Shown here: one piece after another, positions 29,030 to 37,966 of the stretch
How the letters are laid out: each line of letters opens with the position of its first letter
Numbering within the stretch: the first letter of the stretch is position 1
Origin: a virus
Length of the DNA: 64,000 nt
Direction: 5' to 3' (one strand)
IMG/VR virus record: IMGVR_UViG_3300022843_000013
Location: 1 to 64,000 of that record
Program-made: the position numbers and the translations under genes
Notes under the pieces: generated by a model
Told to the model about the DNA's origin: nothing
Databases searched by the model: none
What the model saw: only the letters and a program-made list of their open reading frames with translations

Positions 29030-29839
29030 TTAACGGTAGAGTTGCCCCATACGATTATAAGATGGGCGGGGCCCTGAGGATCCTCCTCCCATCAAGAATC
29101 CTACGATACCACCGGCGATTGCTGGCAGCAAGCCTTTGGACTTAAGGACGCGCCCTATGATCGCGCCAGCCCCAGCTCCGATCGACGTCCGTATCATGCG
29201 ATACAGGGCGTCTCGGTCCTGGGACTGCATCGCCGCCATACCCCGCAACATGGCGGTGCGCTCTTGCTGCGAGAGCATGAAGTCGTTCTGCACCGCCCGA
29301 ATTAGAGCCTCAGTGACCTCAGCCGATGCCTTCTTGTTCATCGTCCTCTGGTTGAACTTGTGCTGACCATAGAGCGTCGCCGCAGCTCCGAGTCCGCCTC
29401 CGAGGAGCGCGAACAGCAGACCCCTACCAGTCCCGCTCCCCCCGGCGCGGCGGCCAGACCACGCACCCAGACCCCCAGCAGCGAGGGCGGACAGTAGAGC
29501 AACCGTACCTGTAGCTTTACCTTGAGACGAAGTCCCCCAGTCGTAGGCGTCGTTCAGACTTCCCACGACCGAGTCCTGAATCTGCCGGAGACCGGAGACC
29601 GGACGCTTGCGCCGATACTGCCCCGCCATAGCTTCAGCCATGTTATTGATGCGGTAGTCTTTGTCGAAAGTCTGCTTGTATTGTTTAGCCCCCAGCGTGA
29701 CTCGGGAGCGGTCTGGTGCTAGTCCGAGGTAGCCATCTGGGTGGTCGAAAGACACAGAACCGCCCGGTTCGGATCTGAAGTCCGAGACGTCCCCCTCTAG
29801 GTGGCGGGGGATGTAAGGGTCAAGCTGCCCCGGGATCAC
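29030..29839 (-). CDS. Putative virion/membrane-associated protein
   Basis: Multiple GxxxG helices; NKKAS motif. Confidence 0.6.
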   Translation of the reverse strand: MIPGQLDPYIPRHLEGDVSDFRSEPGGSVSFDHPDGYLGLAPDRSRVTLGAKQYKQTFDKDYRINNMAEAMAGQYRRKRPVSGLRQIQDSVVGSLNDAYDWGTSSQGKATGTVALLSALAAGGLGAWSGRRAGGSGTGRGLLFALLGGGLGAAATLYGQHKFNQRTMNKKASAEVTEALIRAVQNDFMLSQQERTAMLRGMAAMQSQDRDALYRMIRTSIGAGAGAIIGRVLKSKGLLPAIAGGIVGFLMGGGSSGPRPSYNRMGQLYR

Positions 29840-30075
29840 TGGGGACCTCCTGACCCGTTACCGACGTGCTCGCTGTTCATTCCCGGGTATCTTGCCACCC
29901 AATTATCCGACTCACTACCCCCGTCGTCAGGGGCTGGAGTCGAGCCGTGGTGGGCGTCAAATTTTAACTCCGGAGCCTTGGACTCGCCAGAAGGTTTGGC
30001 GTCCATCTCAGCGATCGCGGACTCCCTAAGTTTTTTAATTTCCGGACTAACTACGCCTGGTCGAAGAGTGCTCAC
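29836..30075 (-). CDS. Hypothetical protein
   Basis: Overlap-coupled ORF. Confidence 0.45.
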   Translation of the reverse strand: MSTLRPGVVSPEIKKLRESAIAEMDAKPSGESKAPELKFDAHHGSTPAPDDGGSESDNWVARYPGMNSEHVGNGSGGPQ

Positions 30076-30099
30076 GCGCGAATGCTACCTTTTTTAAGC

Positions 30100-31950
30100 T
30101 TAACCCGCAAGCACTTGCGTGGCTTGGTTGCGACCTGCCGCGCCGCCAGCTGATCGCAACTTCTCCAGTTCCTGCTTCGCCGCAGCATACAACGTGGAAT
30201 TCGTAGCCTCAGCCATCCTCATCTCTTCGCGATGCGAATTCGGCTGCTGCTCGTGCATGGTCTGCCACTCTACGGCTATTTCCTGCGCACGTTGCTGGAT
30301 CATTGTAGGATCTGCCTGAGAATCGACAGAGTAGTCTAGACCACCACCACCGCCACCGCCGCCGCCCTCTGGCGCTCCAGCGATGCTCTGCTCGGCGGAC
30401 ATCATAGCCACGTCGGCCATGGACCCTTGCGCCTTCTCTTTCTCGAAGGCTGCCGATATCTCGCCGATGTCTCGGGCGATGTTTTGCTGCTCCTCGGCGG
30501 CCCTAACGGCGGCGCTAGTGGGATCATTTATTCCGACGTCAGGATAGACGTCACCGCGAGGAATTTCACCGTTGGCGGCAAGCTGCATACGCAGCTGCAT
30601 CCACTCGGCGTTATGCGCCATGGCAGGTCTTTTTAGCCTTACGCTGATCGTGTCTGCGTTAAAAGAGCGTTGAAAAGTATTGGATACAAACTGGAGAAGG
30701 CCGTTCAACTGCTGATACATCCAATCGTAGTGACGCTCGAACATTCGGATAGCGTTCGGGATAGCTTCCACCGTGAGAGCCCCGCGGTATAACTCTCTCG
30801 GAAACCCAAGGCCGTCAAAGAGCGTGTCCAGGTAGACCTCGACGACGTCGTGCATCACCATCGTCTTACCATTCCCCCCACTCTCTTGATACTTAGCCTC
30901 AAATGGTAGCGCTTGGATAGACGTGGGATCTTTACGGTGCGCGGCGATGGCGCTCTTCATCGTGCCGTGCCACTTAGACATGACCGTGGTCATCACCGAG
31001 TCTCCCATCTTGTCCCCGAAGCTGGGCGTGAAAAACCGCATGGGGTGTAGAAACTCCTGGGCGACAGCGAAGTCTGCCTTCCGATATACCTGTAACTGGT
31101 AGAGAGAGTCGTAATTCCACAGTATCTCGGGGACGGCCCAGCCACTATCGGAAACACCGGTAGGGGACGGGGCCCTGAAGTGAAATATCTCACCGCCGTG
31201 GAACCTAAAGTCTTTCGACTGGGAGACAGCAGCCAAGAGACCTCGAGGAGTATTGTTCACCTCGTGCAGATGACCTCGCTTAATGCGAGACTCCATGTCC
31301 GGCGGTATGCGGTAAATGTATTGCACGGACTCTGAGTGGTGCGCCTTATCAAGCTCGCAATACCGAGGATCCAAAAATATAACGGAGAATCTATCCGGGG
31401 AGGCTGAAGGCTTGTCGCGAAAACCAAGATCCACTGTGGGGGCGCCTCGGAGTGCATCAGGGGTTCGTGCGCCCTTTTCGAGCTTCGAGATGGCACGCAT
31501 GTCGGGGACATTATAAGTCATTGCTTTCCAGTCATATTTGACTAGATGCTCCGGAAACATGCTGAGGTTGTAGACTTTGAGTTGCCCGTCCCGAGTGTCC
31601 CACAACCAGCGGTCGAAGGGCTCTACGCATCTGACGAATCCGTTACCGTAGATGGCCCACTCCATCCCTGCCTGCTGCATCTTAGAGAAGATTCCTATCG
31701 TCTCGGTTAGGCACTTCTTAAGTTTATCTTGCTCGTCCTTATCCCCGGCTTCCTCAAACTCAATGTCCGTAACAAAGTAAGAAACCACACGACTACAAAT
31801 AGCTCCGTAAAGGCGATTTACGCGATACAGGTATAGGCACAGATCCAACGTAGACTTTATGTCCGAAGGGAAAGTGGCCGTGGACGGTAACATGAAAGGG
31901 TCCCCGTATTTATCGGGCCCCTTCATGAATGCGGAACTTACAATAGACAT
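30100..31950 (-). CDS. Probable portal protein
   Basis: 616 aa; YGNGF, IFHFR..P.G....GWxVP and 'GLGFPRELYRG' elements plus an acidic/Gly-rich tail, typical of portals; located in the structural block. Confidence 0.6.
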   Translation of the reverse strand: MSIVSSAFMKGPDKYGDPFMLPSTATFPSDIKSTLDLCLYLYRVNRLYGAICSRVVSYFVTDIEFEEAGDKDEQDKLKKCLTETIGIFSKMQQAGMEWAIYGNGFVRCVEPFDRWLWDTRDGQLKVYNLSMFPEHLVKYDWKAMTYNVPDMRAISKLEKGARTPDALRGAPTVDLGFRDKPSASPDRFSVIFLDPRYCELDKAHHSESVQYIYRIPPDMESRIKRGHLHEVNNTPRGLLAAVSQSKDFRFHGGEIFHFRAPSPTGVSDSGWAVPEILWNYDSLYQLQVYRKADFAVAQEFLHPMRFFTPSFGDKMGDSVMTTVMSKWHGTMKSAIAAHRKDPTSIQALPFEAKYQESGGNGKTMVMHDVVEVYLDTLFDGLGFPRELYRGALTVEAIPNAIRMFERHYDWMYQQLNGLLQFVSNTFQRSFNADTISVRLKRPAMAHNAEWMQLRMQLAANGEIPRGDVYPDVGINDPTSAAVRAAEEQQNIARDIGEISAAFEKEKAQGSMADVAMMSAEQSIAGAPEGGGGGGGGGLDYSVDSQADPTMIQQRAQEIAVEWQTMHEQQPNSHREEMRMAEATNSTLYAAAKQELEKLRSAGGAAGRNQATQVLAG

Positions 31951-31962
31951 GTCTAATTTGAA

Positions 31963-32676
31963 TTATACCTGTTCCTTTTCTGCCTCGGCGCGCGCCCTGT
32001 CGAAGTCCTCGACACCGGCCGATTTCTCTAGTCCCACCACGGCCTCGCCGTTCTCATCGACTCGATCGCTGGTAGAGCCAGACACGGCGGAGGGGGTTCT
32101 CTCATTCAGCACGCCAGATTTTTCCATGCGGCTAGTGTGAGGTAGAAAGCAAAGCAAGTCAACTCCGGGGTACATGGTCAGAGGTGCCTCTAGGCAAGTG
32201 ACCTGTATACTTCCGGCGTAGCCCAAGAAGCTAATCTTGCATGTTGCGCCAGGGGATGGGCGGAACGTCACATCTGACGTTCGAACCTTCACGATGATTA
32301 ACCCCTCCGCTACCAGTATTTTAGACGGCTCGTTGCCCACCCAGTCTACGGCGCATCGAACTTCCCCGATAGGGGTGTGGAACACGATGGTGTGCCGCTT
32401 TATGTTGTCGGGGTCCAGCAAAGAAGCTATGGCCAGCAACTCCCCTCTAGCCGGCGACGCGAGGACACGGGAGATGACCGATGGGGCCGCTTGATAAGAG
32501 GAGGTAGGTGCGTAGTCGGGGGTGTCGGCGGCGTCATCCTCGTCTAAGGTGGCGTCGTCCGAGTTGGCTAGGTTTCGTATAAAATCAGACGTAGCGTCAC
32601 CCGGCGTTCGGGCGCCGCCGTGCGTTTCTTTTTCGACTAAGTCCTTGAGCGATAGAGTTGTAGAATTTGAAGACAT
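31963..32676 (-). CDS. Hypothetical protein
   Basis: EKSA/EKSG motifs near the C-terminus. Confidence 0.6.
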   Translation of the reverse strand: MSSNSTTLSLKDLVEKETHGGARTPGDATSDFIRNLANSDDATLDEDDAADTPDYAPTSSYQAAPSVISRVLASPARGELLAIASLLDPDNIKRHTIVFHTPIGEVRCAVDWVGNEPSKILVAEGLIIVKVRTSDVTFRPSPGATCKISFLGYAGSIQVTCLEAPLTMYPGVDLLCFLPHTSRMEKSGVLNERTPSAVSGSTSDRVDENGEAVVGLEKSAGVEDFDRARAEAEKEQV

Positions 32677-33256
32677 TTTCTAGGGTTTTTTTTAGGTTGT
32701 ATTCCGTCATTGCCAAGTTCGATACCTTACCCTTGAGCGGGTGCATGTGCTCTAGCCATAAGGCGTCGCCCTGCTCGCGGACAGTAAGTCTGTGTGTCGG
32801 AGGGTCGGCGGCACTCATCACATAAGAAGCTGCCGGGTGGCGCAAGCCTATACTCACCTTCTTGACGCGCCCGTCGTGGTGCTCGACCGAGAAAGCCCCG
32901 CTAAGGCCGTAACCTACGTGGGACCTTGCGACGACGTAAACTCCTAAACGCGACGCGTTCTCCAAGGCCCTCGGAAAGAAATCCTCTCCTATCCACGACA
33001 CGAGGCCTTGACCCATCTGCCGCGTATTGAGTCCGAAGACCTGCTCCAGGGGTATCTGGGTGTAGGTGCATATGCGACGAACCCACTCAAGGGATATGCG
33101 TGCCGTGTAGGGAACGTCGTCGCCTCGCAGTATGCGCGTTGCTGTGCGAGGGGAGCACCCCAGCACGGACGCTATCTCGCTTCTCTTTTTGGTTTTACCC
33201 CTTAACGAAGCGAGAAGCTCTCGAACGGCGGCCGCCGACTGAGACGCCGTGGCCAT
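32597..33256 (-). CDS. HTH-containing protein
   Basis: RSEIASVLGCSPRTATRILRG Xre-like HTH; start position approximate. Confidence 0.55.
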   Translation of the reverse strand: MATASQSAAAVRELLASLRGKTKKRSEIASVLGCSPRTATRILRGDDVPYTARISLEWVRRICTYTQIPLEQVFGLNTRQMGQGLVSWIGEDFFPRALENASRLGVYVVARSHVGYGLSGAFSVEHHDGRVKKVSIGLRHPAASYVMSAADPPTHRLTVREQGDALWLEHMHPLKGKVSNLAMTEYNLKKTLENVFKFYNSIAQGLSRKRNARRRPNAG

Positions 33257-33307
33257 CTTAGACTTGTAGTGTCTGGGACGCCTAACTGATGCGGACATAC
33301 CCACACA

Positions 33308-33496
33308 CTAGGACCCCCCGCGAATGGCCGAGCGAAATCCCGACACGTTCTTGTCACGGCGCCCAGACTGGACGCTGTGGCTCTTGATGATCTTATTACG
33401 ACGAGCCTCCGGCATGTAGGCGACGGAGTCACCGACGCCGCGAGCGCGTGCGGATATGATTTGTTCTGCGGTGGGTGCGGTGTTCTCTTTGGACAT
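33308..33496 (-). CDS. Small basic protein
   Basis: Directly follows the RNAP fragment. Confidence 0.45.
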   Translation of the reverse strand: MSKENTAPTAEQIISARARGVGDSVAYMPEARRNKIIKSHSVQSGRRDKNVSGFRSAIRGGS

Positions 33497-33499
33497 GAT

Positions 33500-34585
33500 C
33501 TAATCTGGTAATTTTAGTGTTTTGCCCTGTAGGTCGGTAGGGCTTACCCAAGATTTCTTACCCGTGCGACGGTCGAGAAGCAACTGATAAATTTTACCAT
33601 CGGACCCGATACGAGTCCCGTAAGCCAGTCGAACATCGATACCGGCCTTCTCAGAGTTGCCAGTCCAGTAGCATGCCGACTCGCAGCTGTCCCTGACAAC
33701 CAAACGACCCCCCGGGACTGAAGCGCAGTAAACTAGACCGTCGTGATGCTCAGTGTGCCAGTCGTCGCCCGACACTCCGACGTGCGACACGCCCGATAGG
33801 CGAGGCAGCCACACGGGCAGTCCGTATAGTTTGCTTGCCGCTAGGACCAGCTCCTCTCCGTCGTTTCGATATAAATTTCCTATGACCCTGTGATTAGGCG
33901 TCACGGCCATGCGGACCTCGCTGTTCTCGACCACCAGAAGCTCTCCGGTGTAGTGCTCTCGCACGACACGCTCCGCGCGGTGCCACTCGATCTTATCGCT
34001 GCTCCCGCACGCGAATACTTCCGAGTCCTCAACGTCGCACCAGGGAACCCACCCACGCTCAGTGAATACCTCACTCTCCCCTGTCAGACACTCCGGTCCG
34101 GCAATGGTATCGATGAACCCAAACTGCGAAGCGCTAACAGCCTGCATGTCACCCGTAATAGCGTTGGGATCCCCGATGCCTCCGGGGCCCATTTTAGTAA
34201 TTCGACGTTGCTGCTCCAAGATGTGCATCGGGTTAATCTCCTCCAGCGCTGGGACCAGGGGGTTACTTGTGATGTAGCCGGTCGTGTATTCTCCGAAGGT
34301 GTCCGGACCCATCGGATTCAGGTTCTTCGCGCGAGCCACGCGCCCCATCATCTTTCGTAGGACCTTTCCGTGATCCAACTTAACCCTCTCGGACATCAGT
34401 TGATCCACCATGTAGATGCGATCGTTGGGTAGCGAGTCTCGGTCATCAGTCTCCGCCAGTCCCCGGTTGACCGCTAGTAGCTTCTCCGACGCGGCAAGTA
34501 GACCGTCCACGCCGATAGACGAGTATGTTTCAAACTCGTCGTCGTCGGCGATATACTGATGTCTCTGTTTTGATTTGGTGGTCAT
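33500..34585 (-). CDS. RNA polymerase beta middle fragment, intein-containing
   Basis: DDRDSLPNDRI (cf. DDIDHLGNRRI), NPMHILEQQRRITKMGPGGI (cf. [20 protein letters not shown]), GFID..GPE|SEKAG; start MTTKS at 34585 overlaps the upstream TGA. Confidence 0.9.
   Translation of the reverse strand: MTTKSKQRHQYIADDDEFETYSSIGVDGLLAASEKLLAVNRGLAETDDRDSLPNDRIYMVDQLMSERVKLDHGKVLRKMMGRVARAKNLNPMGPDTFGEYTTGYITSNPLVPALEEINPMHILEQQRRITKMGPGGIGDPNAITGDMQAVSASQFGFIDTIAGPECLTGESEVFTERGWVPWCDVEDSEVFACGSSDKIEWHRAERVVREHYTGELLVVENSEVRMAVTPNHRVIGNLYRNDGEELVLAASKLYGLPVWLPRLSGVSHVGVSGDDWHTEHHDGLVYCASVPGGRLVVRDSCESACYWTGNSEKAGIDVRLAYGTRIGSDGKIYQLLLDRRTGKKSWVSPTDLQGKTLKLPD
33656..34090 (-). mobile_element. Mini-intein (145 aa, no endonuclease) in RNAP beta
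   Basis: Begins CLTGESEVFT, block B VTPNH, block F VYC, ends WTGN followed by Ser. Confidence 0.9.
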
Positions 34586-36072
34586 TTTAAATCTTCGGGC
34601 TGTATGTATCCGTCTAGCGCCATCGCCATGAGTGCCCGGGGTGTAGGGACGCCCTCCTGCATCTCGGCGCCTCTCTTGCCCGCTTTTAGGGATAGATTGA
34701 TGGCGGCGTCGTCGTCGAAGTCGTGACGGTTCATGAACCACTTCACGAACTCCCCTCGGCGATACTTCTCCATCTCTTCTTCCACCTGCAGGGCTTTGTC
34801 TCCCGGTAGCATCTTCAGAGGGTCAATGCCCCAATTACGTAGCGCGAAAGCCCGTCGGGGCGTTGGCTTCGCTACGAATTGGGCACCATGCCGCGCCTTA
34901 AAGGACTTCCACCTCTTCTTCTGATGTTCGTCCGTCTCCCCGCGCTGCCCGTCGTGGTATTTCTCATACCATTGCAGCCAACCCTTCTGGTTTTCGTCGT
35001 CTAGCCAGTGCTTGGGCCACTCGCGCATCGAGGCGAGCTGAGGTCCGTGGTTGCCGTAGATTGAGTTGTACACCTCGCGCATCCCGTTCGGCTCAATATC
35101 GGGCTCGAATCCCGCAGCTTTTTCGACACCATCAAAAAACCCCACCCAGTCGTCGGATACCTCGTCGGGAGACATGTCCGGGGCGAATGTCGCGGACGAT
35201 CTCTTAATCATGTCCTGCGCTATTTGTATGACGGCTCCGGCCCTCCGCCAACTGGCGGCCTTCTCCTGGCTATACAGGTTGGGTAGGTTCCTTCGCATGA
35301 TCGCGTCGGACACCTGCGCCCTGTCCATAGCCGCTCGAATGGCTGCTACCTTTTCGTCAAAAGGAAGTCCTTCGTCACGCTCCCACTTGGGAACAGACTT
35401 GCGGTAGGCCCGCGCGAGTGCGTGCTTTGAATATTTCGACTTGTTGGACGCAAGTATCTCCGGTCCCCACCTTCGAGAGAGCTCCTCGTCGGTCACTCCC
35501 AAGTCTCGAAAGATGGAGTAGGCGTGCAGGTCTGAGGATCCTATCTTTAATCTGTATTGCGCGGTGGTGGGTTCGAAGGACACTCGCATCGCGGAGCCCG
35601 TCCCCGGTCTCGTATTGAAGTGATTCTCGAGTTCCCCGTTGGCGCGCCTCCTGGCGTAGGTCCCCGGGAGAAGTCTAGACTGCGACACCGGACTAAACTC
35701 GCTCCCGTTGTTGATGAAGGTGTTACGCTCCGTTAAGTAGGGCACGCGGGCCAAGGTCATGTTCTTCTTCGTGTCGAGGACCTTGTTGGTCTCCTCGTCC
35801 ACCAACCTGACGGTCCCGCGGAGTCGGCGATGCAACAGGCTGTCAGACGCCTTGGCCTCTGCCTGATCTTTCAGGGAATACTCCTCCTTGTCGGTATACT
35901 TGAGGTCGACCAATTCTAGACGCACTCCGCCGTAGGAAAACCCGTTTGCGTAACGGTCCATGGATTTCATTATGCCAGACTCTAAGGCCCTCCGCGTGGC
36001 GGTCGAGTCCTCTGGGTCACGTAGAGTCACCCCCGGGGGCGCTGATGGTTCGTCTTCCGGTATCACACCCAA
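34582..36072 (-). CDS. RNA polymerase beta N-terminal fragment fused to an unrelated C-terminal domain
   Basis: RVPYLTERNTFINNGSEF..SQSRLLPG (cf. [28 protein letters not shown]); C-terminal GWLQWY..G.R...D..Q.KRW..F..RH domain after KAA linkers. Confidence 0.85.
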   Translation of the reverse strand: MGVIPEDEPSAPPGVTLRDPEDSTATRRALESGIMKSMDRYANGFSYGGVRLELVDLKYTDKEEYSLKDQAEAKASDSLLHRRLRGTVRLVDEETNKVLDTKKNMTLARVPYLTERNTFINNGSEFSPVSQSRLLPGTYARRRANGELENHFNTRPGTGSAMRVSFEPTTAQYRLKIGSSDLHAYSIFRDLGVTDEELSRRWGPEILASNKSKYSKHALARAYRKSVPKWERDEGLPFDEKVAAIRAAMDRAQVSDAIMRRNLPNLYSQEKAASWRRAGAVIQIAQDMIKRSSATFAPDMSPDEVSDDWVGFFDGVEKAAGFEPDIEPNGMREVYNSIYGNHGPQLASMREWPKHWLDDENQKGWLQWYEKYHDGQRGETDEHQKKRWKSFKARHGAQFVAKPTPRRAFALRNWGIDPLKMLPGDKALQVEEEMEKYRRGEFVKWFMNRHDFDDDAAINLSLKAGKRGAEMQEGVPTPRALMAMALDGYIQPEDLK

Positions 36073-36320
36073 TGTATACCGCGACCCCGAGGGGTTGGCA
36101 ACACCGATGCGTCATGCGAGCATTTTCTTAAAAAGGTCACCGGCGCCGCCCCCTGAGAGAATCCAAGAGACCAAGCCAACACCACCCCCGCCACATATTC
36201 CCCCACCGGCGACGACAGTAGGCACAGAGCCAACAGAACCAACACCGCCCAAGAAATGAAGAAAGAGAGCAAGATTTGGGCGATACGGAATGCTTTTTTA
36301 GGTCGTTTTTCTCCGGTCAC
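36063..36320 (-). CDS. Small membrane protein
   Basis: Two hydrophobic segments; preceded by a copy of the hairpin repeat. Confidence 0.45.
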   Translation of the reverse strand: MTGEKRPKKAFRIAQILLSFFISWAVLVLLALCLLSSPVGEYVAGVVLAWSLGFSQGAAPVTFLRKCSHDASVLPTPRGRGIHWV

Positions 36321-36332
36321 TTAACCCAGAAA

Positions 36333-36360
36333 GCCCGGCCAATTCAATGGTCCGAGCGGG
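36333..36360 (-). repeat. Hairpin leader repeat, copy 1
   Basis: GCCCGGCCAATTCAATGGTCCGAGCGGG; homologous copies at 37904-37950 and 38173-38218. Confidence 0.8.
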
Positions 36361-36376
36361 CTTGGGTTGGTATTGG

Positions 36377-36724
36377 CTACAGTCCCCCGTCAGAGTCGGG
36401 GACAATCTGCTCCATAATTGAGAGCAATAGATTCTCGGAAATCACTCCGTCTCGATACGCCTCGGAAATCTTAGCGTCCCCGACGATTATGCAATCTGAC
36501 TTCTGATCTGGCATCACCATTAATGGGAGCCCGAGCAGAGTTGAAATAACTGGTGATGTTTCGGTTGTTGTTATTGATTCATATCTCACGACATTCATCG
36601 CTGAAGAACTTAAGAAGTAAATTCCTTTACGTTGGGGGATGTCGGCGATTTTTTGAATCATGTCCGAAATGATATTCGGAGTAAGTGCGTCACAAGGAGA
36701 TGAATCCAATTTTGTTTTACTCAT
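36377..36724 (-). CDS. Hypothetical protein starting inside attC-1
   Basis: AT-rich ORF; ATGA overlap at 36721-36724. Confidence 0.55.
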   Translation of the reverse strand: MSKTKLDSSPCDALTPNIISDMIQKIADIPQRKGIYFLSSSAMNVVRYESITTTETSPVISTLLGLPLMVMPDQKSDCIIVGDAKISEAYRDGVISENLLLSIMEQIVPDSDGGL

Positions 36725-36766
36725 GGTTTATTTTTATCTTTCGGTGGCAGGATGGAGGAGTTCTCT
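36686..36766 (+). mobile_element. attC-1 (degenerate integron attC-like site)
   Basis: Left GCGTCAC-AAGGAGATGAATCC (AAC decayed to CAC); right GGATGGAGGA-GTTCTCT. Confidence 0.55.
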
Positions 36767-37005
36767 CTAAGATTCCAGAAGTGCCCCGCTCCTTGTTCAT
36801 TGGTTTCTAAGGTGCAGTGGCATTTCGTGCATCCAACGATGCAACTGGTGCGACGGTTTCCCAAGCGTTCAATTTTTGCCTCCCCACCGCAAAACGGACA
36901 CGGCAGGAGAGAACAAGACGATGCAAAACAATCGCCAAGGCAAACGCTATGTGATCCACACGCGGAGGGTGTGGGGCAGTCTTTATGTGGATCGAAGTCA
37001 CTCAT
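36721..37005 (-). CDS. Lar-like (restriction alleviation) Zn-ribbon protein
   Basis: LLPCPFCGGEA...VGCTKC...WNxR; starts inside attC-2 and stops inside attC-1. Confidence 0.75.
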   Translation of the reverse strand: MSDFDPHKDCPTPSACGSHSVCLGDCFASSCSLLPCPFCGGEAKIERLGNRRTSCIVGCTKCHCTLETNEQGAGHFWNLRENSSILPPKDKNKP

Positions 37006-37032
37006 GGCGATGTTTGATCTTGGTTGTTCATC
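36908..37032 (+). mobile_element. attC-2
   Basis: AGAGAAC-AAGA...CAAAACAATCGCCA / TGGCGATGTTTGA-TCTT..GTTCATC; inner GATCCAC/GTGGATC stem; two unpaired bases in the left arm. Confidence 0.85.
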
Positions 37033-37535
37033 AAAGATGGCCAGTTGTCGGGATTCACAGCAGCCCACCAGATTACTTCTTCGGGGCACACGCCGGAATC
37101 GTCAAACGTGCCATCAAGTAGATTCAGGACCGAGTAGTGTTCATCGCATGACGTATCGACGAGGATTGTTTTCTCTCCGTCGCTGTATTTTACGATTACT
37201 AAGATCCTTTCGCCGTCGCCCCAGAAGTAGCTTTCAGAATCGAAGTCTTCGTGCGCTGGTCCTTTACGCCATTCAAGCGGCTTCCTATCTGCTTCGATTG
37301 CAACGCTTTTCTCTTCATTCCTAGAATTGAGGAGCGCGGCTACCATAGTCGAGAAATGTGACCCTAAAAAGTCAGCTTGAATCTCTTCTCCATTCTCTCC
37401 CATGGTAAACGAGAGAAAGCCGGGAATGTGCCCCGTGTCTGTGCAGTGGTCAGTCCAAGCGTCTTGGAGTGCCTCAGATAAGTCATCCTCGTCAATGAAG
37501 AGATCGCTTGATGTAGTCGTGGTTTTCATGTTCAT
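37002..37535 (-). CDS. Acidic hypothetical protein ending inside attC-2
   Basis: Stop overlaps the Lar-like ATG inside the attC. Confidence 0.6.
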   Translation of the reverse strand: MNMKTTTTSSDLFIDEDDLSEALQDAWTDHCTDTGHIPGFLSFTMGENGEEIQADFLGSHFSTMVAALLNSRNEEKSVAIEADRKPLEWRKGPAHEDFDSESYFWGDGERILVIVKYSDGEKTILVDTSCDEHYSVLNLLDGTFDDSGVCPEEVIWWAAVNPDNWPSLMNNQDQTSP

Positions 37536-37589
37536 GATTTGTTAATTTTTTCGATAAAGTCAATTTGTAATTCTTCAGGCTCGCGCTTA

Positions 37590-37907
37590 TTAATCAGCGT
37601 GGAATATAGCAGATGCCAAGCATTGATTGGGGTGAATTCTTCCCTCATGGTCCAGCTCCCGCATCGGTGGGGTTGGGCTGACTTTGAGCGTCTCTACGGC
37701 GTAATGGATCTGGCACCCCGCTATGAACATGGATCCGATTTGAACATACCAATTTGTTGACCCGCGGTTAGTTTTTATTCCGAGGGTTTGCTCATCAGAC
37801 ATGACCGCTTTTATGGTTCCAAATACGGCTCGGTAGCTTTCCCCGTCGGGGGCGATAAACCATTCGTCTGTGGTTATTAGATATTTTTTTCCTATAGTCG
37901 GTTTCAT
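37590..37907 (-). CDS. Conserved hypothetical phage protein
   Basis: MKPTIGKKYLITTDEWFIAPDG..YRAVFG...IAGCQIHYA. Confidence 0.65.
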   Translation of the reverse strand: MKPTIGKKYLITTDEWFIAPDGESYRAVFGTIKAVMSDEQTLGIKTNRGSTNWYVQIGSMFIAGCQIHYAVETLKVSPTPPMRELDHEGRIHPNQCLASAIFHAD

Positions 37908-37950
37908 TTCACCAGCAATGCCCGGCCAAGTCAATGGTCCGGGCGGGTTG
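37904..37950 (-). repeat. Hairpin leader repeat, copy 2
   Basis: On the - strand CCCGCCCGGACCATTGACTTGGCCGGGCATTGCTGGTGAA-ATG. Confidence 0.8.
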
Positions 37951-37966
37951 GTGGTGTTTCCTTAAA

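Noticed and set aside
19377-36072. RNAP fragments joined by split inteins or introns
   Set aside because: No Hint halves at the fragment ends and no intron core between them; the one intein is contiguous.
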